Under the pieces are notes generated by a model. That model saw only the letters and a list, made by a program, of their open reading frames with translations, was not told where the DNA came from and searched no databases. From Rhina ancylostomus (taxonomy: Eukaryota), in contig JARFYF010000084.1 in assembly GCA_030265395.1 (NCBI GenBank), positions 100,265,137-100,329,136 of the forward strand: 64,000 bases of DNA, in the 5' to 3' direction. The position numbers and the translations under genes were made by a program. Positions 33,661-46,508 of the stretch are shown here, piece after piece. Within the stretch, counting starts at the first letter, position 1. Each line of letters opens with the position of its first letter.

Positions 33661-36600
33661 CTCCCTATTCTTCCTGTCATGCTATAAAGAATTAGGAGCA
33701 GGAGTAGATTATACAGCCCTCAGTGGTTTTACCAGCCAAAGGAACGGCTGCCAAATCTGCTAATTCTGCCAGAAAAATGCTTAGGCTAACACTTTGCTGT
33801 AATTTCAAGCTTCTAAAGCTCTGACTTTATCTAAATAACGAACAGCATTGTTTCTCCACAATTAACTCTTCTTACAACCTAATCACCAACAGGCCTGCAA
33901 CTAATTGCTTCTAAATAGTAAAGTTTGAGAGGGAGATGTGGCTTCTTGTTGCTGCTAAATGTTAGCTTTTCTGGGTGTGATCGATTAGTTAGTTTGTTAA
34001 TGGCCAAAATGGCAAAGATGCACTTTTATGGTGCCCTCTTCTATCTACTCTGCATACTTGTAATGTGCGTCAGTACCGTGAGCTACTCCCTGTAATTATG
34101 GTTATTTGCGCCAATCAAGATAAAAAATATGAATGACACATTTTGTGTAATTTTTTTAGCTAAAATGGTATCCACAGAGCCCAAACAAATACAATTTGCA
34201 CCCTTTGTGTTTTGCGACCTTTTGTGTTCTGTTCCTGTAACTTTTCAGTGACGATTAACTGAAAACTCCAAAATATGTTACAGTGCAAACAAAATAACAT
34301 GGAAAGTATTTGGCTTTTCAGTAATAAAAAGTTTTCTTTGGCATTATTTATAATTCAAAACACTGATCAATCAAAATGATGGCAAATCACTGTGGCCTGT
34401 TAGTAAAACATATTTTTTTTCTTAATGGGAATAATGGAATTGAGACCAGTTGAGAGACAAAGACAACAGTGAGGCCTTCAGGTCTTTAATTCTGTTAAAT
34501 TTTCAGCCCATCAGAATAATAGCTGTGAAGCATAGGCAGCCAGCGAAAGGGAAATTTGTACAAATGACTCCATCAAAATGGGGATTAAAAGATCTACTAT
34601 ATTCCACATTTTGCTTGAAAAGAAATCCTGTATTTTGTTTGGGTTACTGTAGTGGCTTGCAGTTTGTATTAATTCATCAAACTTTGCAACATCAGAAAAG
34701 AATTCTTCATTATTATGGAAAGACTTATATGCATAGTTATACAAATGTTACATCTATACGTTAATGGTCCTTCATCACTGTAAATGTCCATTGAATTGAT
34801 AAATCAATTGCTTACATTGGATCACAGAAGCATCTTATAATCTAAGCCATTTCTGACAACTCAAGTAAAGACCATTTTATTGCACACAAGCATTTACTGC
34901 AGATAATTATGTAGCTAATTAAGAAATTTATTGAAGATTTACCAAAATTCCTTTGTAATTTAAATTCAGCTTTCAGATATCCATGATTTAACCAACATTC
35001 TTGCTAAATTTCAGGTCAAATTGCTTTATGTCTACCATGTTGTATTATTTATTTTTTATTATTCTCATACTGCTTCTTAGTAATATTGGTATAAATTCCT
35101 TATATCCTGCTGATATTTCCAGATCCTTATAAAAGAATTGTGCATCTTCAGATTTAATCATATATCTATTACTAACTTTTGGCATACATCATCTCAAAAT
35201 CCAGGAAAATGTTTTAATTTTTGTTTGCAATTCCTCCAAAATTGATCAGATAATTTTAGGTTGTGCGTCCCCTGATATTCTATTCATTGAGTTTCGTGGA
35301 ATGCCAGAAAGTTATGACTTCGGATGAATCATAGTGGTGGAGGGCTGTAGAAATGTAACTATTAAATGACAATAGTTATTCACATTCAACAATATTATAA
35401 CAACCATTTGCTTTCACCTGCCTCTTCATTTCATGTAATATCTTTTTTCCCTCACCCCCTCATTAAAAAATATTCAGCCAAATCTGGTGAAAGACAAATG
35501 TTGATTAATACGACCCTTGAATTAGTGTCATTGTAAATATAGTAAGAAAATTTGCAACTCTGCCACATATGGTTGTTTCAAAAGGATCATATTTATGATT
35601 TGACTGAACAGCAAATAGAGAAAACTATCCCACTCCCTTTCGGATGTCACCAACACTAGGAGTGCAGCTTCTTTTCCTGTTTCTTGCTTTCTTTATTAAA
35701 AATATCTAGTTTGATTTTCTGTAACTCTCCCTTTGTGTNNNNNGTGTTTTTAATTTTAAATTTGTTTCCTTCCACAAAGCATTCACCAAATGTAAACATA
35801 AGCAATAAAATCACAATAATGCTCACTTCTGATACTCTAGGCTACTTTGAAAAGTTGCAAAAACTATTCCCTCTTTCCTAGTTTCATCCAAATGTCCTTT
35901 CTCCTTTCCTTGTGTTTCTCACCAAATGCATGCATGTAATGACAAGTAACTTCCTCAAATGAAAATGCAAACTGACAAATCGTGACAAATGTAATTTTTT
36001 TAAAAATAGTGTTAACCACCAAGTTACATGAATGCATGCACATCTGCCCCATTTAAACTTTCACAGATACAAGCATTTGAGAAACATACTTTCCTGCTTC
36101 CAGACTTTTTCAAAATACTGTCTATACTGATTCTTCTCAGACTGACTCTTGAGTCAAGGTTGATGTGATTTCTTATGACAAAAAGTGGAAAATACCTGTG
36201 TATGATTTCTACCAATGTGGGTGAGCTGTTGCACACCAGTTAGCACATGATCTTGATAGACTAAGGTCTTGTTCCCATGGGAAGAAGGACTAAGATTATT
36301 GGAGATCAGGCTTAGCTACATGGGCTTAACATACAGTACATACTGTATATGCAAGGACACATACATGGATAACAACTCACACTCTACCCACATGCACTCT
36401 ATCCCTACAGATGCCAACACACATGTTCTTGCTCCCCACCCTTATGTCCCAGAGGGACATGTGTTAACTGATCTACAGACAGTTTTTCAGTCACATCATC
36501 ACCCCTTACAATGAACACTCTTCCAGGGCAAGTTTTATTTTTATTACTGAATACCTTTTCTCTCTGTGCAAAATATTTTATTGGATGCCACATTTTATTG

Positions 36601-38239
36601 GATCAACCATAATTATCAAATAAATGCAACTGTTAAATCAATCCTTTCAACCAAAAACAGCATTCCACATTACTCTGAAGTCTGTAAAACAAACCAAACT
36701 CCTGCGTTTAGTCTGCTTTGGTAAATTAAATGCAGCTGCCTTGCCTCTACACTGAGAAATTCCAAGGTTGTTCAAAAGGTTTAGTCCTGGAGCACAGAAA
36801 TCATGCACACCCCATGAAACAGTGGTGAGCAGAGAAACATTTAACACTGGGGCAAACTTAAATTAGCCATCATCTTTGACCAATTACTAAGTTACATCCC
36901 GCCTCCCTTCCCAGTGGAATTTAGCACAGGTGGATTGAGGCTAATGGATCTATTTAACCCATTGCCTCAATGCAGTAAAACTAATCTGACTGTGTTCTAT
37001 AAAAAAGGCAGGATCTACCTATATTAAAGCAGAATGCTGCTAATTCTGTTACATCCACCTTTTATTTATACTAATGCTAAAATAATACTAAACCCTATGT
37101 TGCTTTAATTCTGTGCTACAAAAAGAAAAGTGTATTTTTGATCAATTCACTAAGAGAAGTCTTATTTTGGTTTGTCACTTTTGTAAATGGAGTCAAAGTT
37201 AGAAATGAAGTTGTACAAATTCAGAGGAACTGAAGGCGTGCTGTTGAACTATCTAGTTAATTATTTCCAGCTGTCTGAAACAATAGAAAAATGAGAGTTC
37301 TGTTACTGGTCAGATCTATAAAGTACCACCAAATGTATTACACCAACTCTAATTTTAATGGTATTTCTATATAAGCAAACATTTTCAAATAAATTAGCTA
37401 CACTTACCTGACTAACTGTATCACCCTAACTCTATTGCCCTACATATATTTGAAAAGAAATCCCATATGGTGATACAAATGAACCTTTGTGGAGACAAAT
37501 AACCTTACTTATTTGACTGTTTAGTGAATTCAGTCAATTGCTTCTTAGAAGTTGTTCTTTGTTAAGTTTTCATAAATTCTTCCTGTCCAGTATTTTAAGC
37601 AGAGACTGGTACCGGTTAAAGCTGCTGTGTTCTTATTCATTGGTTTGAATAGTATATTATAAAAGTATGTGTTGAACCGATTTATATAAACACAAACTGC
37701 ACATTATAAAAATAATTATTATTTAGCATTCATTTTAATCTAGCTTCCAATTTACTTACATCTGCATTTACAAACTCTCAATATCTAACCTTTAGTTCTC
37801 CATTTGCCACATGTCCCCAGCCATCTGCCTGCTCGATTGCCTTCGTTGTTGCTTTGGTCCTGATGAAAAAAATCATTGCATTCCCATTCTGGCCATTCCT
37901 TTTAGAATGGCCAACACCTCCATTTCATTGAATCCAAGGGAAAAAGACTTAACAAGCTATGGTAGACAACTGACTGAGCCAATGCCATCAGTTCTGGCCG
38001 GGCCACATCAGGCACTTGCTCTCATCTGATAAAATTGAATATGATTCCAGCAACATCCCAGAATGCAGAGATAAATCTTTTGCAAACTGCCTTGAACTCC
38101 ATTCTCTTGTCTCATCCATTCTTACTTCCAACAATATGGAGTTTATTAAAATTCATTATCAGCTGTATCTGTCACTATGCCTTTCCAATTTTTCCCAAAT
38201 ACTCACTCTAATTGTATGTATTTCTATTAGCTCTTTCTT

Positions 38240-39030
38240 ATCTTATATCATGCTGAACTCATCTAGTCCATGAAACTCTCTCTGCTCCTTCAATTCTATT
38301 CCCACTAAACTGCTGATTGCTCAACTCCCCTTCTGAACCCCATAGCTGATATTGTGAATTTCTCTCAACATAAGTATATCTGCCACATTCAAATTTGCTA
38401 AAATCACTCCTCTCCTCTATAGGAAAAACCCTTGAGTCTTCTGCTTCCATCCATACCATCCATAACATCTATTTTCTTTCCAAAGTCCTTGAATATAAAG
38501 CCTCCCAAATTTATGACGATCCTTCCTTGAGCTCCTTGCCTGAATGCCTTCAACCATTCTTTTTTACTTCTGCCAAACTAACTTATTAAAGTCACGGATG
38601 ACAATAAGATGTACTTGGTCTGTTCTCCTTCTTGAAATGGCCTTTCATGGTCTGGCTGCAACATCTTTCACCAACATCTCTTCATTGTTGCCCAGTTGGT
38701 CCCACTTATCTTGTTCTGTTCTTAACTATCCAACAGTTGCCTGAAAATCACCTTTAATGGTCTGCTTTCCCATATTCACAGCATTACTTCCAGTGCCCTC
38801 AATGAATCACAGTTTAAGTGCTGCTGACCACCAACGTCATCCAAAAAGAGTGTCAATTTCCAAGTTCATTGATAAAACCCAGCCTGATAACACTACCACC
38901 TCTCTTGATGGTTTTTAAGTTGCCAGCCTGCTTGTTTGACCACCAGTTAATAGTGAGAAACGAAACAATATTCAGCTAAATTTTGAGAAAACCCTTTGCC
39001 TCTGTCCCCTGACACAAACATCAGTCCCTA
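38240..39030 (+). mobile_element. Degraded L2-type LINE RT region
   Basis: ORF 38395 contains HNIYFLSKVLE (PISNLPFLSKVLE); IQLNFEKT (LQLNxxKT) at about 38970. Confidence 0.7.
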
Positions 39031-39040
39031 GACTCTGATT

Positions 39041-39250
39041 CATGGAGTCTCAGAGTAATATAGCACAAGAACAGGCTGTTCTGGACAATTCATCCTTGCT
39101 GACCAAGACATCCATCTAAGCCAGTCCCATTTGCCTGCATTTGGCCCATATCACTCCAAACCTCTCTTATCCATGTACCTGTGCAAATATCTTCTGAACA
39201 TTGTAATTGACTTCCCCTGGCAGATCATGCCATATACTCACAACCCTCTG
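39041..39250 (-). mobile_element. HER1/CR1 3' end
   Basis: Reverse complement of the tail seen at 63700-63890 (TTTGGCCCATATC, ATCCATGTACCTGT, CAACCCTCTG). Confidence 0.8.
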
Positions 39251-40889
39251 GAATAGTGGACCATCCATGCATTATACTGGAACATCCATACATACTTTCA
39301 AGGAGATCTCTGTGAGTTTTCCTTTGATTTAAAATCAGCTAATCTTAACGTGCTAGACCAATGGGTTGGCTGAAATAGAAACCTGATTAATCCAGAGATT
39401 TACCCACTTTTGTCACAGGCTAATCTATAAATAAAATGTGTGGTTCTGCAAAGTAACAAAATGAAGGAGTACCATTGCAGTACTGCATTGCTGCAATTGA
39501 CAATTTATGCAGCGCTCACAAAGGCCTACAATTAGCCTTGAGAAAAAGTTACAGTTAGTTATCTAGTAAGATGTAGGTCACCCTATTTCTTCACAGCAGC
39601 AAATGTGCCCACGTCGACCAGCCAAGGCCCAATTGTGCCATGGCAGGCTGAGAGACATTAAAAAGTAGGACCAGCAATTTGTCCTTGAACTCATGCAGGA
39701 TTGAACACACTTTTTCTCGTGTCTCAATGGAGGTCCTCTAAGGTTCCCTTGTAATGATATTCTACCATTAGTTAGTGCTACTGATTTTTCCATTATTCCC
39801 AAAGAACAATCCGTAGTCTCACAATCAAACAAGTCATTTTTCACTATCGGCACTACTACCAGAAGGAGAGGACAGACGACAGCAGCACAGGCAATTATGG
39901 ACAGGGTAAGGAAAGTACATGGCTCACATGGGAGTAAACCATAAATACAAGAACTGAATAGATATTTCACTCAAATCAAGTTGTTTATTTTACCGCCTCT
40001 GCTTGTGCCTCTTCTATTGAAACCAGTACATCAGCCAAGTAATGCACCTTGGCAGATTCCAGATGTCATTCTGCTGTCAGAGAAAAGAAACTTGTCTCCA
40101 CTGTGTTCTGACTAAGAAAGTAAGAAAAAGCTAAGGAGCATTCACAGGGATTGATGATGAGGAAAGTGAGCAATGAAATGAATAGCTCTCCCATGGGACC
40201 TAGTTTTCCTTTAAATACATTAAGAGGTTTAATGTGCACTGACATTGGTAATAATGTGTGATTATTGTGTAACTACCACCCAGTGTATATGAAAGGCCTG
40301 AATAAATCAATGACTATTGCCTTGCCGGTAGACTTCACTCACCGACAGCTGCACAGTCAAAACTCTATTGGTTTCACAGGTCAGTAATTTACGACTACTG
40401 ATACCATTATGTCTTTGACACCCTCAGGATTTATTTGAAATCGCCTGCCACAACTATCCTTTTTAATCTTCATATACCTTGTTAGTGACAAATCCAAAAT
40501 ATGTTACCAATTTGGGGCAAATTAAACAGTAATCAGGTAAAACAGTACACATTGCCTTTTTAAAATGGAATATAAAGTAATCCTGTTCTTATTATTGTGA
40601 AGAAAATGTGCTTGTGGATTTAACTTTCAAGACTCTGTCTCACAAGATACACTATTGTACAAGTTGATTCACTTAATAAAATTAGCTCATGGAAACAATA
40701 CCCAGTCACACTCTCTTGCTAATGTTGAAGTGCAAATGGCAGTCAGTCTATTAATGAATTTGGAATCTTTATTCAGGCTATTGACAATATTACATCTGCA
40801 AATCTTTATGCAAAAACAAGCATTCTAGATTTTAAATGGACTTTGGACTGTGTTAACAATGTGATCAAATTATCTGCAAATGAACGTAA

Positions 40890-41005
40890 CAAAAAACTGC
40901 AGAGGGTGGAAATCTGAACAAAGGTCCCGGACCTGAAACGGTAACTTTCTCTTTCCATAGATGCTGCTTGACCTACTAAGTGGTTCCAGCACTTTCTCTT
41001 TTTTA
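40890..41005. repeat. Penelope-derived palindrome
   Basis: AAACTGCAGA..GGAAATCTGAA followed by GACCTGAAACG..AACT..CCATAGATGCTGCTTGACCT. Confidence 0.7.
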
Positions 41006-42054
41006 GTTAAATCACCTGTTTATCTATTGACTACATTTGCAATGGACAAAATTATACTTGATCCAACTCACCACCTGGACTCGCTACCCATGTTCTCCTT
41101 ACGCCTGTACTTAACTTACACTAATTTATAGGTGGAGTCACTGGGCCTCTGAATCTTGGCAGTGTCTGGTGAGGTGCAACAGGTTTTCAGCAGTGAATAG
41201 ACCTCAGGTAGTGTAGTCCGTGTCCCAAGAAACTCTCCTGAAAGGGTTTGACACAAGGCAAATCTGGTGGGCAGAGTTTTGCCTTCTGTCAAGACTGTCA
41301 AGAATTTCAGTATTTAAAAACCATCAAAATCAATAAAGCTAACCAAAAATAAACATTTCAACATTTAAAAATAATTTTCATTGAATACATAAAATCACTT
41401 ATAAATCATTAAAACACTAAGTTAAGGTAAAATATATTATTTCACCTTCACTTCCCAGTTAATTACAGCATGATTGTGCTCCATCACTGGGCTCCACATT
41501 GTATACTGATGATTTATTTTGTTCTGTTGCATGCTACAAATCTAAGCATTAGTTTACATGATAGAAGCATTTGTTTCTGATCTATTGTACCCAGGACAAA
41601 TCCATTTATGGTATTGAACCCTCATGGTATCTATCTGATTGTAACCAAAATGTATACATTAATGAACGTTGTTAAGAACCTAATAAAATAGATTATATTG
41701 CAGAAAAGTAAATAGGTGGCATGGACAAGCAATTCTTGGATAGTGATAATATGATTATAAATTAGGGTCTGTTTTACATAATTTCATCACTTGGTCTTCC
41801 AAATTTCATCTTTCTCTAGCCTTTACATCATCCATTCCTTCCTTGGTATTTCTGTTTCATTGGGCAAGTTGTCAACCAATGTTTGCTGAAATCCATACCT
41901 ACACTTCTTTCCAACCCATTTCTTATCTGGACTCTATCTTAGTCTTCTGATATCTTTTTTTTGTTGCCTCTGTTCTGTTGAGACTGCCTTCTATACCAGT
42001 ACTTCCAATATGTCTAAATTTTAAAGGTCAGTAATAACCTACCTTTCGATCAGA

Positions 42055-42920
42055 CCATTCTGACAAAGGGTCACTGTCCTGAAATATTAACTATTTCTCT
42101 CTCCAGAGTCTGGCCGACTTATTGAGTATTTCCAGCATTTTTTAAATTTTTTATTTCAGAATTTCAACTTTCATGGTAGCTTGGTTTTGTGTTTCTTTCT
42201 GATATTACTTCTTATTTCCTCACCAGGGAGTCCTCTCATTGTGGCTGACAGAAGCCTTAATCATATTTGTTCTGTTTCTCTCCCTTCTGCCTCTGACCCT
42301 CCTTCCCAGATTTGTCCCCATTGGCCTCCACATTCAATTGGCCACTTTTTCACCATTTTCACCACCTCCTGTGTGATGCCACCGAAACCAGCTCCCTCTC
42401 CTTCCAATATTTCAAAGTGACTATAGGACAGATTGTTCAATCCTCAGCCCCTCTCTTTTACACAGCTCCTTTTCACAGAAGCAAAGGAGATACAAGACCT
42501 CCTCTTTTCTCTATTTCTTTCCCATTTTCTAGTGCAACAAGAACTTCTTCCAAGTCATTTATTTGTACTTCTTTCAATTTAGAATATTGTTTATTGGTGG
42601 ATTACATTGTGGAGATTAAATGCAGATCGGATGGTTGTTTCTTGTACATTCCATCCAATTATCTGTCTCATGCTTCCTGCTTCATGTCCAATCTTAGCTC
42701 CTCCTCTCGGTTTCCTACACTATTCTAATGAAGCTCAGTGGAAAGTTGAGAACCGGTATCATATCTAGTGATTAGGTTTTCATTTTCTCTGCCTGTTGAC
42801 TTAAATCTGTCATGTCTCAAACAATTTTCAGTTTTGATACAAGATCATTGCCTTAAAACCTTAAGTCCACAAATGCTGCCTGATTTGTTGAGTATTTTCA
42901 GCGTAATTTATTTTTATTCC
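42055..42920 (+). mobile_element. Penelope-like element relic (GIY-YIG region between two terminal-repeat arms)
   Basis: ORF 42312 contains HHFHHLLCDAT and FICTSFNLEYCL..YIVEIK (FTCxSxNxVYCI...YIGET); repeat arms at 42055-42165 and 42830-42920. Confidence 0.75.
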
Positions 42921-43414
42921 TGTCTTAGATGCTTGAAATATGCCCCAATGTGTTGCTGCAGGACCCGAATTTGTCATTTACTCATAGAAAAGTTCACTAA
43001 CAGATCCAAGGAAAAATATAGCATCTTCCAGTTATAATAGATCAGGCCTTGGATTTTACGTTCTGTATTTATCTTTAGTATTTGATCCTCTCTGCCTTTT
43101 CCTATGGATTAGTTGGTCTTAAGGATCCATAGTTTTATCAAACAGCAAGGTTCTAAACAAAGTTTCTAAGCAATACATCTCCAATCCACACTGTCAAAAA
43201 AGATTAAACTTGATAATTGTCCCACTCACAGGGAATCTCTGGATACTGTGACTGGAATTTGCAACTGAATGGTTGAACTGGAATCTCATGCCCAGAATGG
43301 GTACTGGATGCAGACTGGTGTGCAAATTTTACTCCAGAAACCCTCTGTTACAAAGGCAGTTAGCTTGTGTGGTTACACCAGTTATAAATGATGATATAAA
43401 TGCAAGTGCATGAG

Positions 43415-43665
43415 TTATAAGGAAGCCAAGAATATAAGAAATGGAAGCAATAATGGGCCAATCTGTCTCTCCCCTATTCAATAAGATCATTGTTGATCTC
43501 TTACCTCAGTGCTATTTTCCTACACAAGACCTATATTCCTTGATCCGCTTCATATCTAAAATAAAATCGACCAGTCTCAGTTTTGAACCTATTCAGTGGC
43601 TGTGCTTCCTGCATAGAAAATTTCAAGGCATCGTTATCCAAAGAGTGAACAAATTTCTTCTCAGA
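43415..43665 (-). mobile_element. CR1 3' end
   Basis: ATAAGAAATGGAAGCA...ATTCAATAAGATCATTGTTGATC...AAATTTCTTCTCA, reverse complement of the 14400-14660 type tail. Confidence 0.75.
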
Positions 43666-43779
43666 ATATGATAGAAATTCACATTAAGTTGGACAGTGAA
43701 ATAATTCAATCTGAAACCAGGGTTTTCAAATGAAACAAAAGAAACTATGAAGGTAGACTGAGAAACTACATTAAAGGTA

Positions 43780-44064
43780 TGACAGTCACAAATAATGGCT
43801 AGGATATAAAGAAATAATACATGGTTCGCAGTGTAAATACATTCCTTTGAGGCATGAAGACAACAGGAAACCATGGATTATGGAAGGAATTCAAGCACTC
43901 TGTCTGAGGATTACTTTATTTTAGAATTCAACAAATTGACCAAGAAATTGATAAAGAAAAGGAAAATAGAATGTGAGCATAAACTAACGAACAATATAGA
44001 AACGCACGGTAGGTGCTTCCAGAGGTATATCAAAAGAAACAGATTAGCAAGGTCAAATGTGAGT
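43780..44064 (+). mobile_element. CR1 ORF2 internal fragment
   Basis: TKKLIKKRKIECEHKLTNNIETHGRCFQRYIKRNR (CR1 pattern YExKLAxNIKxxxKxFxxY). Confidence 0.75.
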
Positions 44065-44859
44065 GTGAAGCTTGCAGAATGCTTAGTGTGTGGAGGTGAT
44101 GTTCGGTACAAATCCCGATCAATAGATAATATTGGGGGATGAGCAGTTGGAGTGTGGCATATCGAGCAGTCTCCGAGCTTAGTTGTGAAGTTAGTGGGGT
44201 ATTATCTTAAAAGATGCAGTTATTAACATTGGTAATAGGTGTAAGGTTATTGAATATCGTGTACCACAGCATCCAGATTTTGTGACTCCTCGTATTGACC
44301 TCCAGAATTGTATCATCCTAATACCTTCAGGCTGTGTCTATGGAATAGGAAATTCTCATTGACGGAATAGGACATCTTTCCATGTTCTGTATCAAGGCCT
44401 CCAGTGCAGAGGCTGGAGGCTGTAGAGTCAATTCTGTCCCCTGTGGTACCTTGTTTGAGTCTCTCCCAAGTCCTATTCTATTCCGGAATGCCTGCCAGCA
44501 CCTGTTGTCATCTGATCGACAATCCATACATCTATAATAACTTCTTAAATTTAGATTTATATGATCACAATATGCCACCATTTTAAATTTGCATGCTGGG
44601 TTTAACTAGTGCTGCTCACCTACAAAACTGAGCACCTTAATCAAGTGATATCCATAGACACAGTGTTTGATGCTAGCTGCATGCTGTTCTTTTAATACTG
44701 AGCTGACAGCATGACTTTGTTGCACTGCCTATTCTGGGTCATGCATTGCCATCTCTGTGATCCCTATGGCCATTTTTTTTGAGCTATGCATTGCGATATG
44801 CAAATGTCAGGGAAATCTTAAGAGTAATGGCAGGCAAAATGCCATCAGTCGTGACCCAG

Positions 44860-45390
44860 GAGATTGATAGAGCTTTAAGTAAAAGTGAAAAGACCATGTA
44901 ATTAATTTCTAGAGGTATAGTATTGAAAATCTAAGAAGTTATCATAGACGTATGGAATGTCAATTAGACAACAACTGGTGTGACAGGAAGATTATTGGTC
45001 TATGTAACTGAAAAAAAGCTGGGGAGTAACCGAAGGTTTATCACATGAGGAAAGGATTTGATAGGAAACATACAGGCAAACCATTTGCCACATGTGGATG
45101 GGGATGGAGATGGGATAGGGTGGGGTGTGGATGGGCAGTGAGCACCGGGAGCCATAACTATAGGATGATCACTATTCCATTAGGGGATATAGGAGAACTT
45201 TCACTGAGGCATTAATTAGAATGTGGAACTTAATATGGCAAGAACGAGTTTGAGGCAAATCACGTAGACGTATTTAAGGAGACGTTAGATAGATTCATAA
45301 TGGAGAAGAGACTGGAAGGAGAGTTTGATGAAATTAGATTAAGAAGTATGCAAGGAAACTCATGTATTTGAATGGATTCATGAGGCTAAA
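44860..45390 (+). mobile_element. Degraded CR1 3' region
   Basis: ACCGGGAGCCAT (TRGH-like), AGGAGAACTTTC, AGAATGTGGAAC, TTTAAGGAGACGTTAGAT. Confidence 0.65.
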
Positions 45391-46438
45391 CTGTGTCAAA
45401 TGCAACTGATAGGCTACAAGAGAGATTGAATGGGAACTACTGTACTAAAGCAAATTTGTTTTCCCATGGACCTGCAAAACAAAGGCATTGAGAATTCTGA
45501 CTTGATTGACAGAGTTCTCAGATGCACAAGGTGATAATTCTTCAGAGGATAGTTCAGTGCATGCATTATAAATTGACTACGTGATGGACAGCAATGACTC
45601 ATGATAACTCTTCATCAGTGAAGTGACCATAACTCTCCATTTTATTGCTCATAAGTCACCCTGTCTTGTTCATTAAGGACCTTGTAGCTTCTGACTCTCC
45701 TGGATATATTCATGTATATAAAAACACAAATCTTTCCTTCATTGCAAGTAAAGCTAAACCGATAAGGAAAAAAAAAATCCATTGAAGTGAATGACATTGG
45801 TTGTGAGGAAACTAATGGGCTGGATTTTGCTGTCTTCTGACTGCACATTGCTGAACTATGTTGATATTGCGCACTTACTTTGGCCACACCTAGAAAAATT
45901 GGCCAACACTCTTTTGGATACAAGCAACAATACATTTNNNNNNNNNNNNNNNNNNNNNNNNNNNNNNNNNNNNNNNNNNNNNNNNNNNNNNNNNNNNNNN
46001 NNNNNNNNNNNNNNNNNNNNNNNNNNNNNNNNNNNNNAATACATTTTAAACAGAAGTGTGCATTATTCTCTTTAAATGTACACTATATACCCGGAACGGC
46101 AAAGAAGGAAAGGAAAGTGATACCTCAGTCTCCCATCATTCACGAATTTCTTTTCAAATAAAAGCCTAAATGCATTCGAAAGCCTATGGGCATATAGAGC
46201 CCGACTTAGTCCTGCTCTATGTGTTGTAGAAGTTAATCCAAACATGTGGAATCTGCATATTGTTTTTGTTCCTCCTTTTCCTTCAACGTACAGTTATGTT
46301 TGATCGTTGTGACTCTCACAGGCTGCCTCAGGTACTGCATGGCAACCCACAGTAAAATGAGATGAATGATATACTTCTGGACCCAAACCCTCATTGTCCC
46401 TACCAGAGTTGAAGATTAAAAAAAGTGTTTGTTTATTT

Positions 46439-46508
46439 ACTATAGGATGATCACTATTCCATTAGGAATATAGGAGAACTTTCACTGAGGCAGTAATTAG
46501 AATGTGGA
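46439..46508 (+). repeat. 70-bp near-exact copy of 45157-45227
   Basis: ACTATAGGATGATCACTATTCCATTAGG...AATTAGAATGTGGA; about 3 differences. Confidence 0.9.

Noticed and set aside
39578-39970. 130-aa - strand ORF with a hydrophobic stretch
   Set aside because: Non-ATG start, no family motif, and composition typical of non-coding DNA.
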